The notes under the pieces: generated by a model
The model's database searches: none
The model's input: only the letters and a program-made list of their open reading frames with translations
What the model was told of the DNA's origin: nothing
Shown here: positions 1-10,050 of the stretch, piece after piece
How positions within the stretch are numbered: position 1 is the stretch's first letter
How the letters are laid out: each line of letters starts with the position of its first letter
Virus record (IMG/VR): IMGVR_UViG_3300032245_001860
Location: 186,001-250,000 of that record
Strand: one strand, 5' to 3'
DNA length: 64,000 bases
Program-made: the position numbers and the translations under genes

Positions 1-2
1 CT

Positions 3-1856
3 TCAGGATTAGGTTATTATGCAGCTTGTGGATTTATAAATTCTTCTTACAATAATTCCAGTAGCACAACATATAATAGAATTTATGAAATGATTTTTAG
101 AGGTATGCCAAGTTTAAATAACTTGGAAACTGAAAATTATGCTTCAATCAGAACAGTTTCACTTGCACCTGAAGCAATTTCTAATAACAAGTTTTATTTA
201 GGTCAAAAGTTATTATCTGGTCTTACTGACTTTCAAGACTTTATTTATTCTAATCCAGAATCAAGTGCAATAGGTGTAACAGTAGTTGTAGCTTCCAATG
301 GAACAAATGTAAACACTGCTACTATAGCTTCATCTACTGTTGATGGAGTTTCCTTAGCTTCTTTGCCTGTAAATTCTTACGTTTTACTTAAGGATCAAAC
401 AAATCTTTCTCAGAATGGTTTATATCTTAAGAGTGGTACATCAACATACACTTTAGATACTTCCAATTACAATGTTCCATATAATATTACAAATGGAGAT
501 GTAAATGGTGGAGCTACTTTTTATAAAATAAAAACTCAGAAAGATAATGAAGTTGCAGATTTATTTTTATCAACAAGTTATTTTGCTCAAATAAATATAG
601 GACAAATTTCAAATTTTGTTTCTTCTTTGAGAGCACAACTTTTTGAATTTAAATTGAACTTTACAAATTATGAAGTTCCAGTTGATCTGACCAAAATAAA
701 AACAAGATTTTACAGTGACGTAAGTGATTCACCTGATTTCGACAACCCACTTACTGATTGGCTTACTATAGCAACAACACCACTAATAGACACTTATACT
801 GTCGCACCTCATCATAATTTAGTTCAAGTTATAATGTCTGACACAGCAAACTCAGCTCCTTCTGTATCTTCTTTAGATAAAATTTGGGTTCAGATTGTAC
901 TTCCTTTCAACACAGCTTTAGCATCAGCATTTGGACCATCAACTACTTCATCTTATATAACAAAAGGAAAGTTTACTTATTATAAAATTGCTAATAATCT
1001 TTGGCATAAACTTTTTGCAAGATATACAAGTAAATCTTTCAATGCTACACACAAAAATATACAGCATGCAAGAATGAGAGCTAAGTCTCATGCTCAATTA
1101 GAATCTAATTCGACAAATATAACTGGGCCTGTTACAGTTGATATTTTAGGACCTCAATACAATGGTGGTATTCCAAAAATTGACAATCTTACAAATGATA
1201 ACTTGAGATCTATTGAACTTTCAATATTAGCTGAAGACAATGAGTCTGGAATATTAGCTTTCAGAGTTGGCAGATATATTGATAACTTTAGAACTCAATA
1301 CACTCCTTGGATGTCTTGGAATCAGTTTACTGTAGATAATGGTGGTAAATATTTTATTTATCTTTATGGAAATTTGAATTATTACACTTCTGGAACAGCA
1401 AACTCAACTTTTGATTATCAGAATATGGGTTTTTCTGGACCAAGAAAAATTTGGATTCAGTTGATGGACTATTCTGGTAATGTAAGTCAATCTTATCCAA
1501 TAACTTTTGTAGCTCAATCTTGGGGTTTAGTAGACACACAACCTCCAATTGGTAGTGCTTCTTTCTATAATCCAAAAACATATTCAAATGTTGAGGTTAC
1601 TAACTTAATATCTTCAGTTGTAAAGTTAGAAGCCAGCGATACTGTATCAGGTGTCAAAGATTTCAAAATGAGAAGAATTTATGACTCTGGAGCTGATGAT
1701 TGGAGTAACTGGCAATACTACAGTCCATATACAAATGTTAGCCTCAGTGGAGAAAAAGACGGAGTTAAAAAAGTAGAATTTTTATTTAGAGATTTTGGAA
1801 ACAACGCAATGCAACCAGAAATAATTTGGGAAAAAGTAAAGAGGCCAAGCAAATAA
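3..1856 (+). CDS. Virion structural protein (tail/baseplate-associated), 5'-truncated by the window edge
   Basis: The frame of ORF 90..1856 is open back to position 3 (SGLGYYAACGFINSS...). It has the module VLLKDQTNLSQNGLY and two C-terminal 'A.D..SG...F/M....W..W' Ig-like repeats. Confidence 0.6.
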   Translation, partial: SGLGYYAACGFINSSYNNSSSTTYNRIYEMIFRGMPSLNNLETENYASIRTVSLAPEAISNNKFYLGQKLLSGLTDFQDFIYSNPESSAIGVTVVVASNGTNVNTATIASSTVDGVSLASLPVNSYVLLKDQTNLSQNGLYLKSGTSTYTLDTSNYNVPYNITNGDVNGGATFYKIKTQKDNEVADLFLSTSYFAQINIGQISNFVSSLRAQLFEFKLNFTNYEVPVDLTKIKTRFYSDVSDSPDFDNPLTDWLTIATTPLIDTYTVAPHHNLVQVIMSDTANSAPSVSSLDKIWVQIVLPFNTALASAFGPSTTSSYITKGKFTYYKIANNLWHKLFARYTSKSFNATHKNIQHARMRAKSHAQLESNSTNITGPVTVDILGPQYNGGIPKIDNLTNDNLRSIELSILAEDNESGILAFRVGRYIDNFRTQYTPWMSWNQFTVDNGGKYFIYLYGNLNYYTSGTANSTFDYQNMGFSGPRKIWIQLMDYSGNVSQSYPITFVAQSWGLVDTQPPIGSASFYNPKTYSNVEVTNLISSVVKLEASDTVSGVKDFKMRRIYDSGADDWSNWQYYSPYTNVSLSGEKDGVKKVEFLFRDFGNNAMQPEIIWEKVKRPSK

Positions 1857-4834
1857 TGAATAAAACATTATATACTGCCATGACTACTTGGCAAGGACCA
1901 TATGATTCAGAAAGTGTTGTTTATTTAGCTGGCATTACCCAAAAAATATACAAAAATCTCAAATTAGTTAACAGTTTTGACCCAGATTATCCCGACAACA
2001 CTGCTTATAAACTTGTAGGTACAAGTTCCAATGACTTTGATAGAATATATGAACCTCTATCATCAGACAATCTTGTTCTGACAAATATTGACACTTCAGT
2101 TTCCTATGGCATAGATGATGACAAGAATTTGCTTATTTTCCCAGAATCTTATCCATTGTCTGAAACTGAAGCAGCCATAGTTTCAGCAAAGTTAATTAGA
2201 AACTATGCATCAATTTATAAAGCCAATCTTGTGAGTTTTGAATATGTAAATGATTTTTCACATCTCAAGGAAAAAGCAATTACATCTATGCTTGCCACTG
2301 ATTCTGGAATATTTTTGGCTGGTGTATCTGGAAATATTTGGTTTTATGATGGCAATATTATTTCTGGTCCAGTATTTTCGCTATTTGATGGTCAAAGTTT
2401 ACCAGCAACATCTTTGCTAAAGCATAGATTTTCATTTGAAGATGAAGATTATATTTATGCTGGATCCGATAAAAAACCAAGACTATATAGATCGAAAGTT
2501 TCTACAGCAGCTTTAGGACAAGATTGGGAAGAAGTTTATGGTTCTGGTGATTTAGCTGCATCTTCAGGTGGAATTTTAACTTTATTATCTGCATTTGATA
2601 AGATTTTTATGGGTTGTAGAAATAATATAATTTTAAAATACTCAAGAACAAATTCAATAACTTTAGGGCAGCCAGTAGATCCAATCACTGAAGCTGTTGT
2701 AGAGATCAATACTCCAATAGAAACTCTTGAAAAAACAACTTTGATTTCAAATAATGTAGACGATTTTGAGCCTTCAGTGTTTGACATAAAGACACTTGAA
2801 ATTGGCAGGAACCAAATATTTGCTGGTTTGTCTAACAAGCCTGATATCTGGGCTTACTCCGAAGCATTGATTAGTAACCCAGTATCATATGAGCAGTGGG
2901 CAAATACAATATTTGACGAAGTATTCAGAAATGACCCTGCTCCAGCTCAATATTATTCTTATGATGGATTGACTACTTCAAGAAATGATAATAATCTGGC
3001 GATATCACACTATATTGATGATTCAAGCGAAGATCATTACAAAACTGCTTTAGTGATCAAGGGTAATACTATTAGTTCAACAGGCTCATCAGCAATAGGT
3101 CAAAGATTTTTTGAATGGTCAGAAGGTTCAGACTGGGAACAATCTTTGTCTACAAATTTACCTAATCAAGATTTTATTACAATCCAATGTGCAAGTACAG
3201 AAGAAATAAATTCTTTGTCTGATGTTTCAGTTATAGATGGATACACATTACAACAATTTGATAATGTGCTTATTAAAAATCAACCTTCTACATCTTCTAT
3301 CAAGAATGGAGTTTATATTTTCAACGAAGGAAATTTGACTCTTTCTAACAATTTTATTATTTTAGACTCAAGTGTTTTATTAGGATTTTATATACAGCAT
3401 GGATATGTAAATTCTACAAATAGATATTTACTTACTGTCGCAAGTTTTGACAATCAAGAGTTTGAAATATACAAGCCAAAATATACATTTGAGTTTGAAG
3501 CGAAAAATTTAGCCTATAGCAGAGCTATATCTTGCAATCCATTAGAAGGATGCAAATACTTAAACACATTATATAATAACGATGAAATAGTTGGCACTTC
3601 AACTACTTATAATGGATATCAAGGTATTGATATTGCTGATTTGTATGGTTCATTTAGATTAGAGTTAAACCATGAAAATATTCGCATAACAAGTGGAAGC
3701 AATACAGTAGAAAAACCTTTAATTTCTTATGGTATTTACAAGAATTGGATTTTTAGTAGTTCTTCAGGCGCAACAACAAATGGATGGCTTGCTGGAGATT
3801 TTATTTCAAGTATAGGCGCCACTATTGAAGCAACTACAGATTATTTAGGCAATTCTTATGACAAATATTTGCTTTCATTAAACCCTGCCAGATCCGGTAA
3901 TCCATCTATAACTATTTCAGATTTAAACCTGACAGTTAAACCTGAAGCTGTTGTAATTATGAGATGTCGTATAACCCCTTATGGGTCTTATGGGCTCAAG
4001 AACGCTAAGATTAATCTTTATTGGTCTAACAAAGGTGCTGATTTCACAAATTATTCTTCAGTAAATTTAAGATCAGAAGATGATTTTGTTGATTATATTA
4101 TTAGACCTGTATGGAAAGATAAAATATCTAATATTAAAATTGAATTTGATAATTTACCAGAGTTATCTAAAAGACCTTTATTGATAGATATAGACTATAT
4201 AAAAATCATTGACGAATTGCAAACTTTTGATATCAACAATGAGTTTTCAACAATCAGAGTAGCAGTAGAAGGTAAAGATATAAAAGTGTGGTTAGGAAAG
4301 CAATTTTATCCTTATTTTTATCAAAGAAATTTTATTGCTGTTGACAATTATAATGAAAAATATATAAATAAAGATAAAGTGGTCAATGATTTTGATAAAC
4401 CACATATTAGAATTGGTAAAGTCTCATCTTCAAATGAAAATTCTTTGTTTGCATTTAGTAAGATGTCATACATTGTTGGTGAAAATTACGATCCTTTGAC
4501 AATCAAGGTATTTGATTTTCATCACCAACAACAACTACAAGCATCCGGTGGTGTTAGGATGTTTACCTACCATGATGGAACAATATATAGTGTAACAGAT
4601 GGATTTAATTCTAATAAAGTTAATGAAAATCCAGATGATAGACAGTGTAATCTTTTCAAATATGACTCTACTCATCAAGCATGGTTGAAAGAAGAATTAA
4701 CTTTTGAAAGAAAGCAAATTTTCAACACAGATGGTACTTACAATTTGTTGGGTGTAATTAGACCTTTAGCTTCAGTAAGTTATAAAGGTGTTTTGTACCT
4801 AAGTGGTCAGTATGGAAATATCAAAGTGACATAA
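1856..4834 (+). CDS. Large virion structural protein with beta-propeller-like segments
   Basis: Start moved to ATG 1856 (TAATG overlap with the upstream stop). It has WD/propeller-like 'IFLAG..GNIWFYDG' and 'IYAGS' blades and the module VLIKNQPSTSSIKNGVY. Confidence 0.55.
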   Translation: MNKTLYTAMTTWQGPYDSESVVYLAGITQKIYKNLKLVNSFDPDYPDNTAYKLVGTSSNDFDRIYEPLSSDNLVLTNIDTSVSYGIDDDKNLLIFPESYPLSETEAAIVSAKLIRNYASIYKANLVSFEYVNDFSHLKEKAITSMLATDSGIFLAGVSGNIWFYDGNIISGPVFSLFDGQSLPATSLLKHRFSFEDEDYIYAGSDKKPRLYRSKVSTAALGQDWEEVYGSGDLAASSGGILTLLSAFDKIFMGCRNNIILKYSRTNSITLGQPVDPITEAVVEINTPIETLEKTTLISNNVDDFEPSVFDIKTLEIGRNQIFAGLSNKPDIWAYSEALISNPVSYEQWANTIFDEVFRNDPAPAQYYSYDGLTTSRNDNNLAISHYIDDSSEDHYKTALVIKGNTISSTGSSAIGQRFFEWSEGSDWEQSLSTNLPNQDFITIQCASTEEINSLSDVSVIDGYTLQQFDNVLIKNQPSTSSIKNGVYIFNEGNLTLSNNFIILDSSVLLGFYIQHGYVNSTNRYLLTVASFDNQEFEIYKPKYTFEFEAKNLAYSRAISCNPLEGCKYLNTLYNNDEIVGTSTTYNGYQGIDIADLYGSFRLELNHENIRITSGSNTVEKPLISYGIYKNWIFSSSSGATTNGWLAGDFISSIGATIEATTDYLGNSYDKYLLSLNPARSGNPSITISDLNLTVKPEAVVIMRCRITPYGSYGLKNAKINLYWSNKGADFTNYSSVNLRSEDDFVDYIIRPVWKDKISNIKIEFDNLPELSKRPLLIDIDYIKIIDELQTFDINNEFSTIRVAVEGKDIKVWLGKQFYPYFYQRNFIAVDNYNEKYINKDKVVNDFDKPHIRIGKVSSSNENSLFAFSKMSYIVGENYDPLTIKVFDFHHQQQLQASGGVRMFTYHDGTIYSVTDGFNSNKVNENPDDRQCNLFKYDSTHQAWLKEELTFERKQIFNTDGTYNLLGVIRPLASVSYKGVLYLSGQYGNIKVT

Positions 4835-4835
4835 A

Positions 4836-7800
4836 ATGCCAAGAAAAAATAAACCAAACCCAGAAGAACAAAATAATTTTGTTGCATATTCAGGATCAGC
4901 ACCAACACCAGTATCAGCAGGTCAATCTAATGAATCATATACGTCCGCTGATGGAACTAAAGTTTACGTTCAGTTTATTGATGTTGATAGTAATGGTTTA
5001 TATCCTTCAAGTGGTACACATTTAAGATTTACTGTTACTAAAGTAGTAGGTGGATCAGCAACAACAGTCACTCCAATTTCTACTTTTATTGATAGTAATC
5101 TTCCTAAAACTTTACAGCTTACATTAAATTCATCAGACAAAATTATTGATGGTTTATATAATGGGTCTGGTATTGTAACATCTTATCAATCTGTATTTGT
5201 AAACTACACAGATACAACAACAGGTGGTTTTGGAACTATACCATTGTTGTCAGATAATGATACTGTCAAAACAAATGTTCAGGCTTTTGCTGGCTTAGCC
5301 GTAAGTAACAGAACAAGCGAAGCTAATGGACCACAAATTTTATATGCATACTCGTCTACTGACGGTAGATCAATTAATGCAGTTTTCAGAGAAGCTTCTC
5401 CACCATTACTTCCAACAAGTGGGATTGCTGGTTTTGCTGTAACACAAGGCAATACCCCAATAACAATTTCAAGTGCATATGTTTCAAACCCATCTTCTGC
5501 TACTGGGGGAACTATAGTTGTACTCGAACTTGCAAACCCACTTTCAATTTCAACTGGAAATAATCCGGTCAAGCTTTCATATAGTTGGCCTTCACTTTAC
5601 TCTACAAGACTTAGAGACTCTTCTGCTTTAGGAAATACTGCTGTAGCGTTCTCAGGCTTGGCTGTTACAAACCTTACTTCAGAAACTACTGCGCCAAGAA
5701 TTGTAGATGCTTATACAAGTGACTATGGTGTAAGATTAATTTACGTCAAAATGTCAGAGCCTACTCTTCCAGGAGAATCAGGCACTGGATTTTCAGTTGC
5801 AATAGGAAGTTCTTCTTTCCCAGCTACAATTGTCATTGCAGATAATTCAACTTATGCTGGTCAAGGTGTCACAGAATACACAATGACAATATCTCAGGCA
5901 TTTAATGATGTTGATATATTGGAGCTTGACTATCATAAGTTTGACACTAATTTCATAACAGATCAATCTGCAAATTTAAATCCTTTAGCTACATTTTCAA
6001 ATAAATACAGAATAAGAAATTTATATTCAAATTATGATCCTTTGTCTCCTGAGGTTTCTAATGTTTTCAATGCAGCAGAATCTTATGTTGATTCTAATGG
6101 AATTGATATATATCTTTCTTTTGATTTAAATAAATATTACAAAACCTATCCAGATACAGGTATTGAAGGATTACAAGTTTATGTAGATGGTCAACTTACT
6201 CCTGTAAAAAAAGCAATTTCATTAGAAAGAACATTTTTACCTCATGTAAAATTAACTCTTTATCATAGAATATTTTCAGGCAGTGAAGTAAAAGTAGGAT
6301 TTATTCAGGGAAACTTAAGAGATAGCAATTTAGTCATTTTAGCGAACTTTGAACCTGGCACGATTGTTAATAATTCTTTTATTGATCCTCCACAACTTTT
6401 TGATGTATTGACTTGGTATGATAATACAAATGAAAGTATTTCTTACCAGTATGATATTGATGACAATGTATCTGAGTTATTTAGAAAGTCCAAAATAAAT
6501 ACAAACACATCAGTTGTCTTAGATACCACAGCTCCTCAAGGAGTTTTGATATTGAATAGATCTGAAAGTGATGTAGCAAATGGAATTAGAATTCATAAAT
6601 TTTCAGCCTATGGCACAGAAGAAATTGAATATAGTTCAGCTTCTTCTGATACAGATATAAGAACATATCCAGCATCCTTTTCAATAACCAGCACAAAAAC
6701 TAAATTAATTAATAAATTAGTAGTTAAATTAAAGCTTCAGAATGGAATTACAAATACTCATGATTCGGTTAGAATTGCTTTGCATCAAAATGATACCAAT
6801 AGCGATGTTCCTGGTGACTTAATATCTGAATTAGGAAAAGTAAGTTTCGGCAGTTTAACATCAACTTATCAAGAGTTCGAAATTTCATTCGATTCAATTG
6901 AGATTTTATCCAGTTATATATATTGGATACAAATAACTTGTGATAGTGTTATAGATACAAATAATACTTATCCAGCAACAATTTATATACCAAAACATAC
7001 ATCATCTGGTAAATATTTTGCAGTTACTTCAGCTGACACTTCATCTGGCTGGTTAGTAAGTGAAAATTCTTCTGCTTACTATAAACTGTTTTCTACTGAC
7101 GAAAATGATTTAGAACTCTCTTGCAATGATTTTATTTTAGATATTTTTGAAAAACCCATAAGACAAGCTGCTTATTTTACTGATGTATCATTGAAAAATT
7201 ATGAGTTGATAGGAGATAAACAGTCAAACTTCTTGTTAAAGAGAATATCAAAAATACAAATTGATGGTACTACTGTTTACCCTTATGTTTCTAAAATAGT
7301 TTTAGGCGCAACATCTACAAAACCAAAAAATTATGTTTTAGAAGTAAGAACTGATCCAGAATCTACTTGGAAAAAAGTATACGATACAATTGTTGATGAA
7401 ACTACTCTTGATAATCTTGTTTATACTTTTACTAACCCAGTCCAAATTTCTGATATCAGATTAGTATATAAAGGTGATTATTTTACTATAGACTCCGTTG
7501 CATCATTGACTTTAGCAGCCAATGATAATTTCAGTGATGTAGTTTCTGCTCAAATATCTCATTTCCCTGATTTCAGAGATGCTAAAAGTTTTTCTTTAGC
7601 TGATTCAAATGGATATTTTGATTTTTCAGAAGGAGTGACTACATATATAGACTATGCATATACTAACAATGCTGAAGTGTTTGAAGCAACTACATCTTCT
7701 GCCAATTCAGAGATACTGACAGCTCTTAGTTACAATGGAAAAATTATTCTTGGAGCTAACAATACTGCTTTTACCTTTTATAACGGAACCACTTCGGCTA

Positions 7801-10043
7801 TATCAAATTCTGATTTAGTAAGTAGCAATGTTCAAATAACTTGCTCGGCTGTATATAAAAATAAAATATATTTAGGCACAAATGATGGATTAATTTTTGC
7901 TTCAATAACCGGAGATTATTGGAATGTGGTCAATCCAGTAAATCCCAATAACCCAACTTCCTACAAGACTATAAAGCCTGTTGTAAGCATGAAGTCTATG
8001 GGAGATAAGCTTTATATTGGAACCGAAAAAGGATCTTCAAGCTATCCAAGTGTTTATTCATATGATGGTAAATCAATAATTAAGATTAAAGATTTTGATT
8101 CTACTTTTCATAGAGTATCATCATTAGGCTCTTGTAATTTTACTTTATTTGCAGGATTAGGTGGCTTATATTCTTCAGCTAATTCGACCATTTATAAATA
8201 CGATGAAAATGAATGGATTTCTACTTTAGCTACAACTTATGACGATATTGAAGCATTAGAATATTCCACAGCAAGATCTTCATTGATAGCAGGATTTAGA
8301 GGAGGATTTTTGTGGGAGTTGCCTTATACCAATAGTTTACCCACATCATGGACACAGGTTTATGATACAAATGCTGATCATATATATTCTATTAATGATG
8401 ATATAAATGGAGAATATTTATTTGTAAATACAGATGTTAAGAGTGTGATGTATGTTAAAACTTTAGATAGCTTCAAGTCAGTAGATACATATAAGTCCCA
8501 ACAAGATGGTTTGAATATAAGATGGAGAAAGTTTGACACATATGCTGAGTCATACAGTTCTGATTTGGCAGATAATGAAAATTTCACTTATCAAAATTAC
8601 TCATTTTTGTCTACTTCTCTTGATAGTACAAATTTTACAAAAAGTGGTTTCTCATCTAATTCTTCTGTCTTGATAGAAGGATATATAAAGATTAAGACAG
8701 CAGGAGATTACAAGTTTAAGCTTTCCACAAATATGGGAGCAAAGTTTTACATCAGTACATCTGCAGCAGAATCTGATTTTACAACAACTAATAAAACTTC
8801 AGATACAAGCTTAGTCACTCCAAGCTCATATACTCTTGAAGCAGATGATTTAGTCTATCTTAAAATAGAAGCTTTTGTTTCTGCATCCACTACGCCAACA
8901 ATTCATCTCTACTGGAACAACTTGAATGATATCGATGGATATCAAATAATTCCAGCCACATATTTGAAAAAGTCCAGTAAAATTAAATCTATTTTAGAAA
9001 TAGATGAGGTTTATTATGGTGTTGGTAGCGATGGTGTTGTTTACAATTTCGATCCAACATATTATGCTACAAAAGTAAGAAATGTTTACGCAAGATTAAG
9101 AGATAGCGCTGGAAATATTCACGGATATGCTTTAGCTGGTAAATCTGAAGTCGATGAAATTTTGTCAGACAAAATAGTCCAAGATTTAAACACAATAGAA
9201 GGCACTTATCAAACGAAAGGTAAAATATTCCAAGTTCTCAAAAATGCTGACAATACTTTACAAACAAGAGTAGTTTACACTCCTAACACAAGACAATATT
9301 CCATTTATGCTCCTGATAGAAAAGTTAGAGAAACTGGATATTATGAAGCAGAACCTTTCTTTGTTCCAACTCTTGTTAAATGGTCTAATCTTGTAGTTTT
9401 AGTAGCTAACAAATATTCAATCAATACTTATAATGGAGCTGTTTTACCAGGGTTAGATGCTGGAACTGCTGTCAAGATTTATGTCAGAACGGGTGCATCA
9501 AGATCTGAGTGTTTGCTTGCTAATTGGAGTACAGCATACGAAATAAGCTATATTAATATCAATGCAAGCATTCCTCCGGTTGAGACATTAGACATAGCTC
9601 TTCAAGCATACAATGGAAAGTGGTTGCAATATAAGTTCGAACTTATATCTGCCACTAAAAATATATCTCCTGAAGTTATTTCAACTACAATATCTTACAG
9701 CGCTGGAACATCAAGCTATTATTTTACAAAAATATTTGATACAGCTGATTATGATTCAACAGCTCCAGTAATTAGAAGAGGTTTACTCACTTCTAACGAG
9801 CTACTTAATAATGGAACTATTACTTATGGTTACATAAATAGCGACAATGCAAACGATATTTATGATTTCAATAAGTATAAGCAAATTACACCTAATAAAG
9901 TTTTCACTATAGATTCTCCAACAAGTCAAATTAAATTTGGTATCTTGTTCACATCTGTAGGAAGCAATCCTTCAGTTGTTTATGATTTTGCAGTTCAATT
10001 AGATTTAGGCGGGTCAAACATAAGATTCATGCCGAGTTTGTAG
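4836..10043 (+). CDS. Large virion/adhesin-like protein: ~4 SwmB-like repeats, beta-propeller and PA14 domain
   Basis: N-terminal repeats 'Y.S.DG..I...F.E' ... 'LSY.....LRD...GN..V.F....VTN'; propeller blades (IYLGTNDG, LYIGTEKG); PA14-like 'GYIKIKTAGDYKFKLSTNMGAKFYI...HLYW'. Confidence 0.6.
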   Translation: MPRKNKPNPEEQNNFVAYSGSAPTPVSAGQSNESYTSADGTKVYVQFIDVDSNGLYPSSGTHLRFTVTKVVGGSATTVTPISTFIDSNLPKTLQLTLNSSDKIIDGLYNGSGIVTSYQSVFVNYTDTTTGGFGTIPLLSDNDTVKTNVQAFAGLAVSNRTSEANGPQILYAYSSTDGRSINAVFREASPPLLPTSGIAGFAVTQGNTPITISSAYVSNPSSATGGTIVVLELANPLSISTGNNPVKLSYSWPSLYSTRLRDSSALGNTAVAFSGLAVTNLTSETTAPRIVDAYTSDYGVRLIYVKMSEPTLPGESGTGFSVAIGSSSFPATIVIADNSTYAGQGVTEYTMTISQAFNDVDILELDYHKFDTNFITDQSANLNPLATFSNKYRIRNLYSNYDPLSPEVSNVFNAAESYVDSNGIDIYLSFDLNKYYKTYPDTGIEGLQVYVDGQLTPVKKAISLERTFLPHVKLTLYHRIFSGSEVKVGFIQGNLRDSNLVILANFEPGTIVNNSFIDPPQLFDVLTWYDNTNESISYQYDIDDNVSELFRKSKINTNTSVVLDTTAPQGVLILNRSESDVANGIRIHKFSAYGTEEIEYSSASSDTDIRTYPASFSITSTKTKLINKLVVKLKLQNGITNTHDSVRIALHQNDTNSDVPGDLISELGKVSFGSLTSTYQEFEISFDSIEILSSYIYWIQITCDSVIDTNNTYPATIYIPKHTSSGKYFAVTSADTSSGWLVSENSSAYYKLFSTDENDLELSCNDFILDIFEKPIRQAAYFTDVSLKNYELIGDKQSNFLLKRISKIQIDGTTVYPYVSKIVLGATSTKPKNYVLEVRTDPESTWKKVYDTIVDETTLDNLVYTFTNPVQISDIRLVYKGDYFTIDSVASLTLAANDNFSDVVSAQISHFPDFRDAKSFSLADSNGYFDFSEGVTTYIDYAYTNNAEVFEATTSSANSEILTALSYNGKIILGANNTAFTFYNGTTSAISNSDLVSSNVQITCSAVYKNKIYLGTNDGLIFASITGDYWNVVNPVNPNNPTSYKTIKPVVSMKSMGDKLYIGTEKGSSSYPSVYSYDGKSIIKIKDFDSTFHRVSSLGSCNFTLFAGLGGLYSSANSTIYKYDENEWISTLATTYDDIEALEYSTARSSLIAGFRGGFLWELPYTNSLPTSWTQVYDTNADHIYSINDDINGEYLFVNTDVKSVMYVKTLDSFKSVDTYKSQQDGLNIRWRKFDTYAESYSSDLADNENFTYQNYSFLSTSLDSTNFTKSGFSSNSSVLIEGYIKIKTAGDYKFKLSTNMGAKFYISTSAAESDFTTTNKTSDTSLVTPSSYTLEADDLVYLKIEAFVSASTTPTIHLYWNNLNDIDGYQIIPATYLKKSSKIKSILEIDEVYYGVGSDGVVYNFDPTYYATKVRNVYARLRDSAGNIHGYALAGKSEVDEILSDKIVQDLNTIEGTYQTKGKIFQVLKNADNTLQTRVVYTPNTRQYSIYAPDRKVRETGYYEAEPFFVPTLVKWSNLVVLVANKYSINTYNGAVLPGLDAGTAVKIYVRTGASRSECLLANWSTAYEISYININASIPPVETLDIALQAYNGKWLQYKFELISATKNISPEVISTTISYSAGTSSYYFTKIFDTADYDSTAPVIRRGLLTSNELLNNGTITYGYINSDNANDIYDFNKYKQITPNKVFTIDSPTSQIKFGILFTSVGSNPSVVYDFAVQLDLGGSNIRFMPSL

Positions 10044-10050
10044 GAATTAA

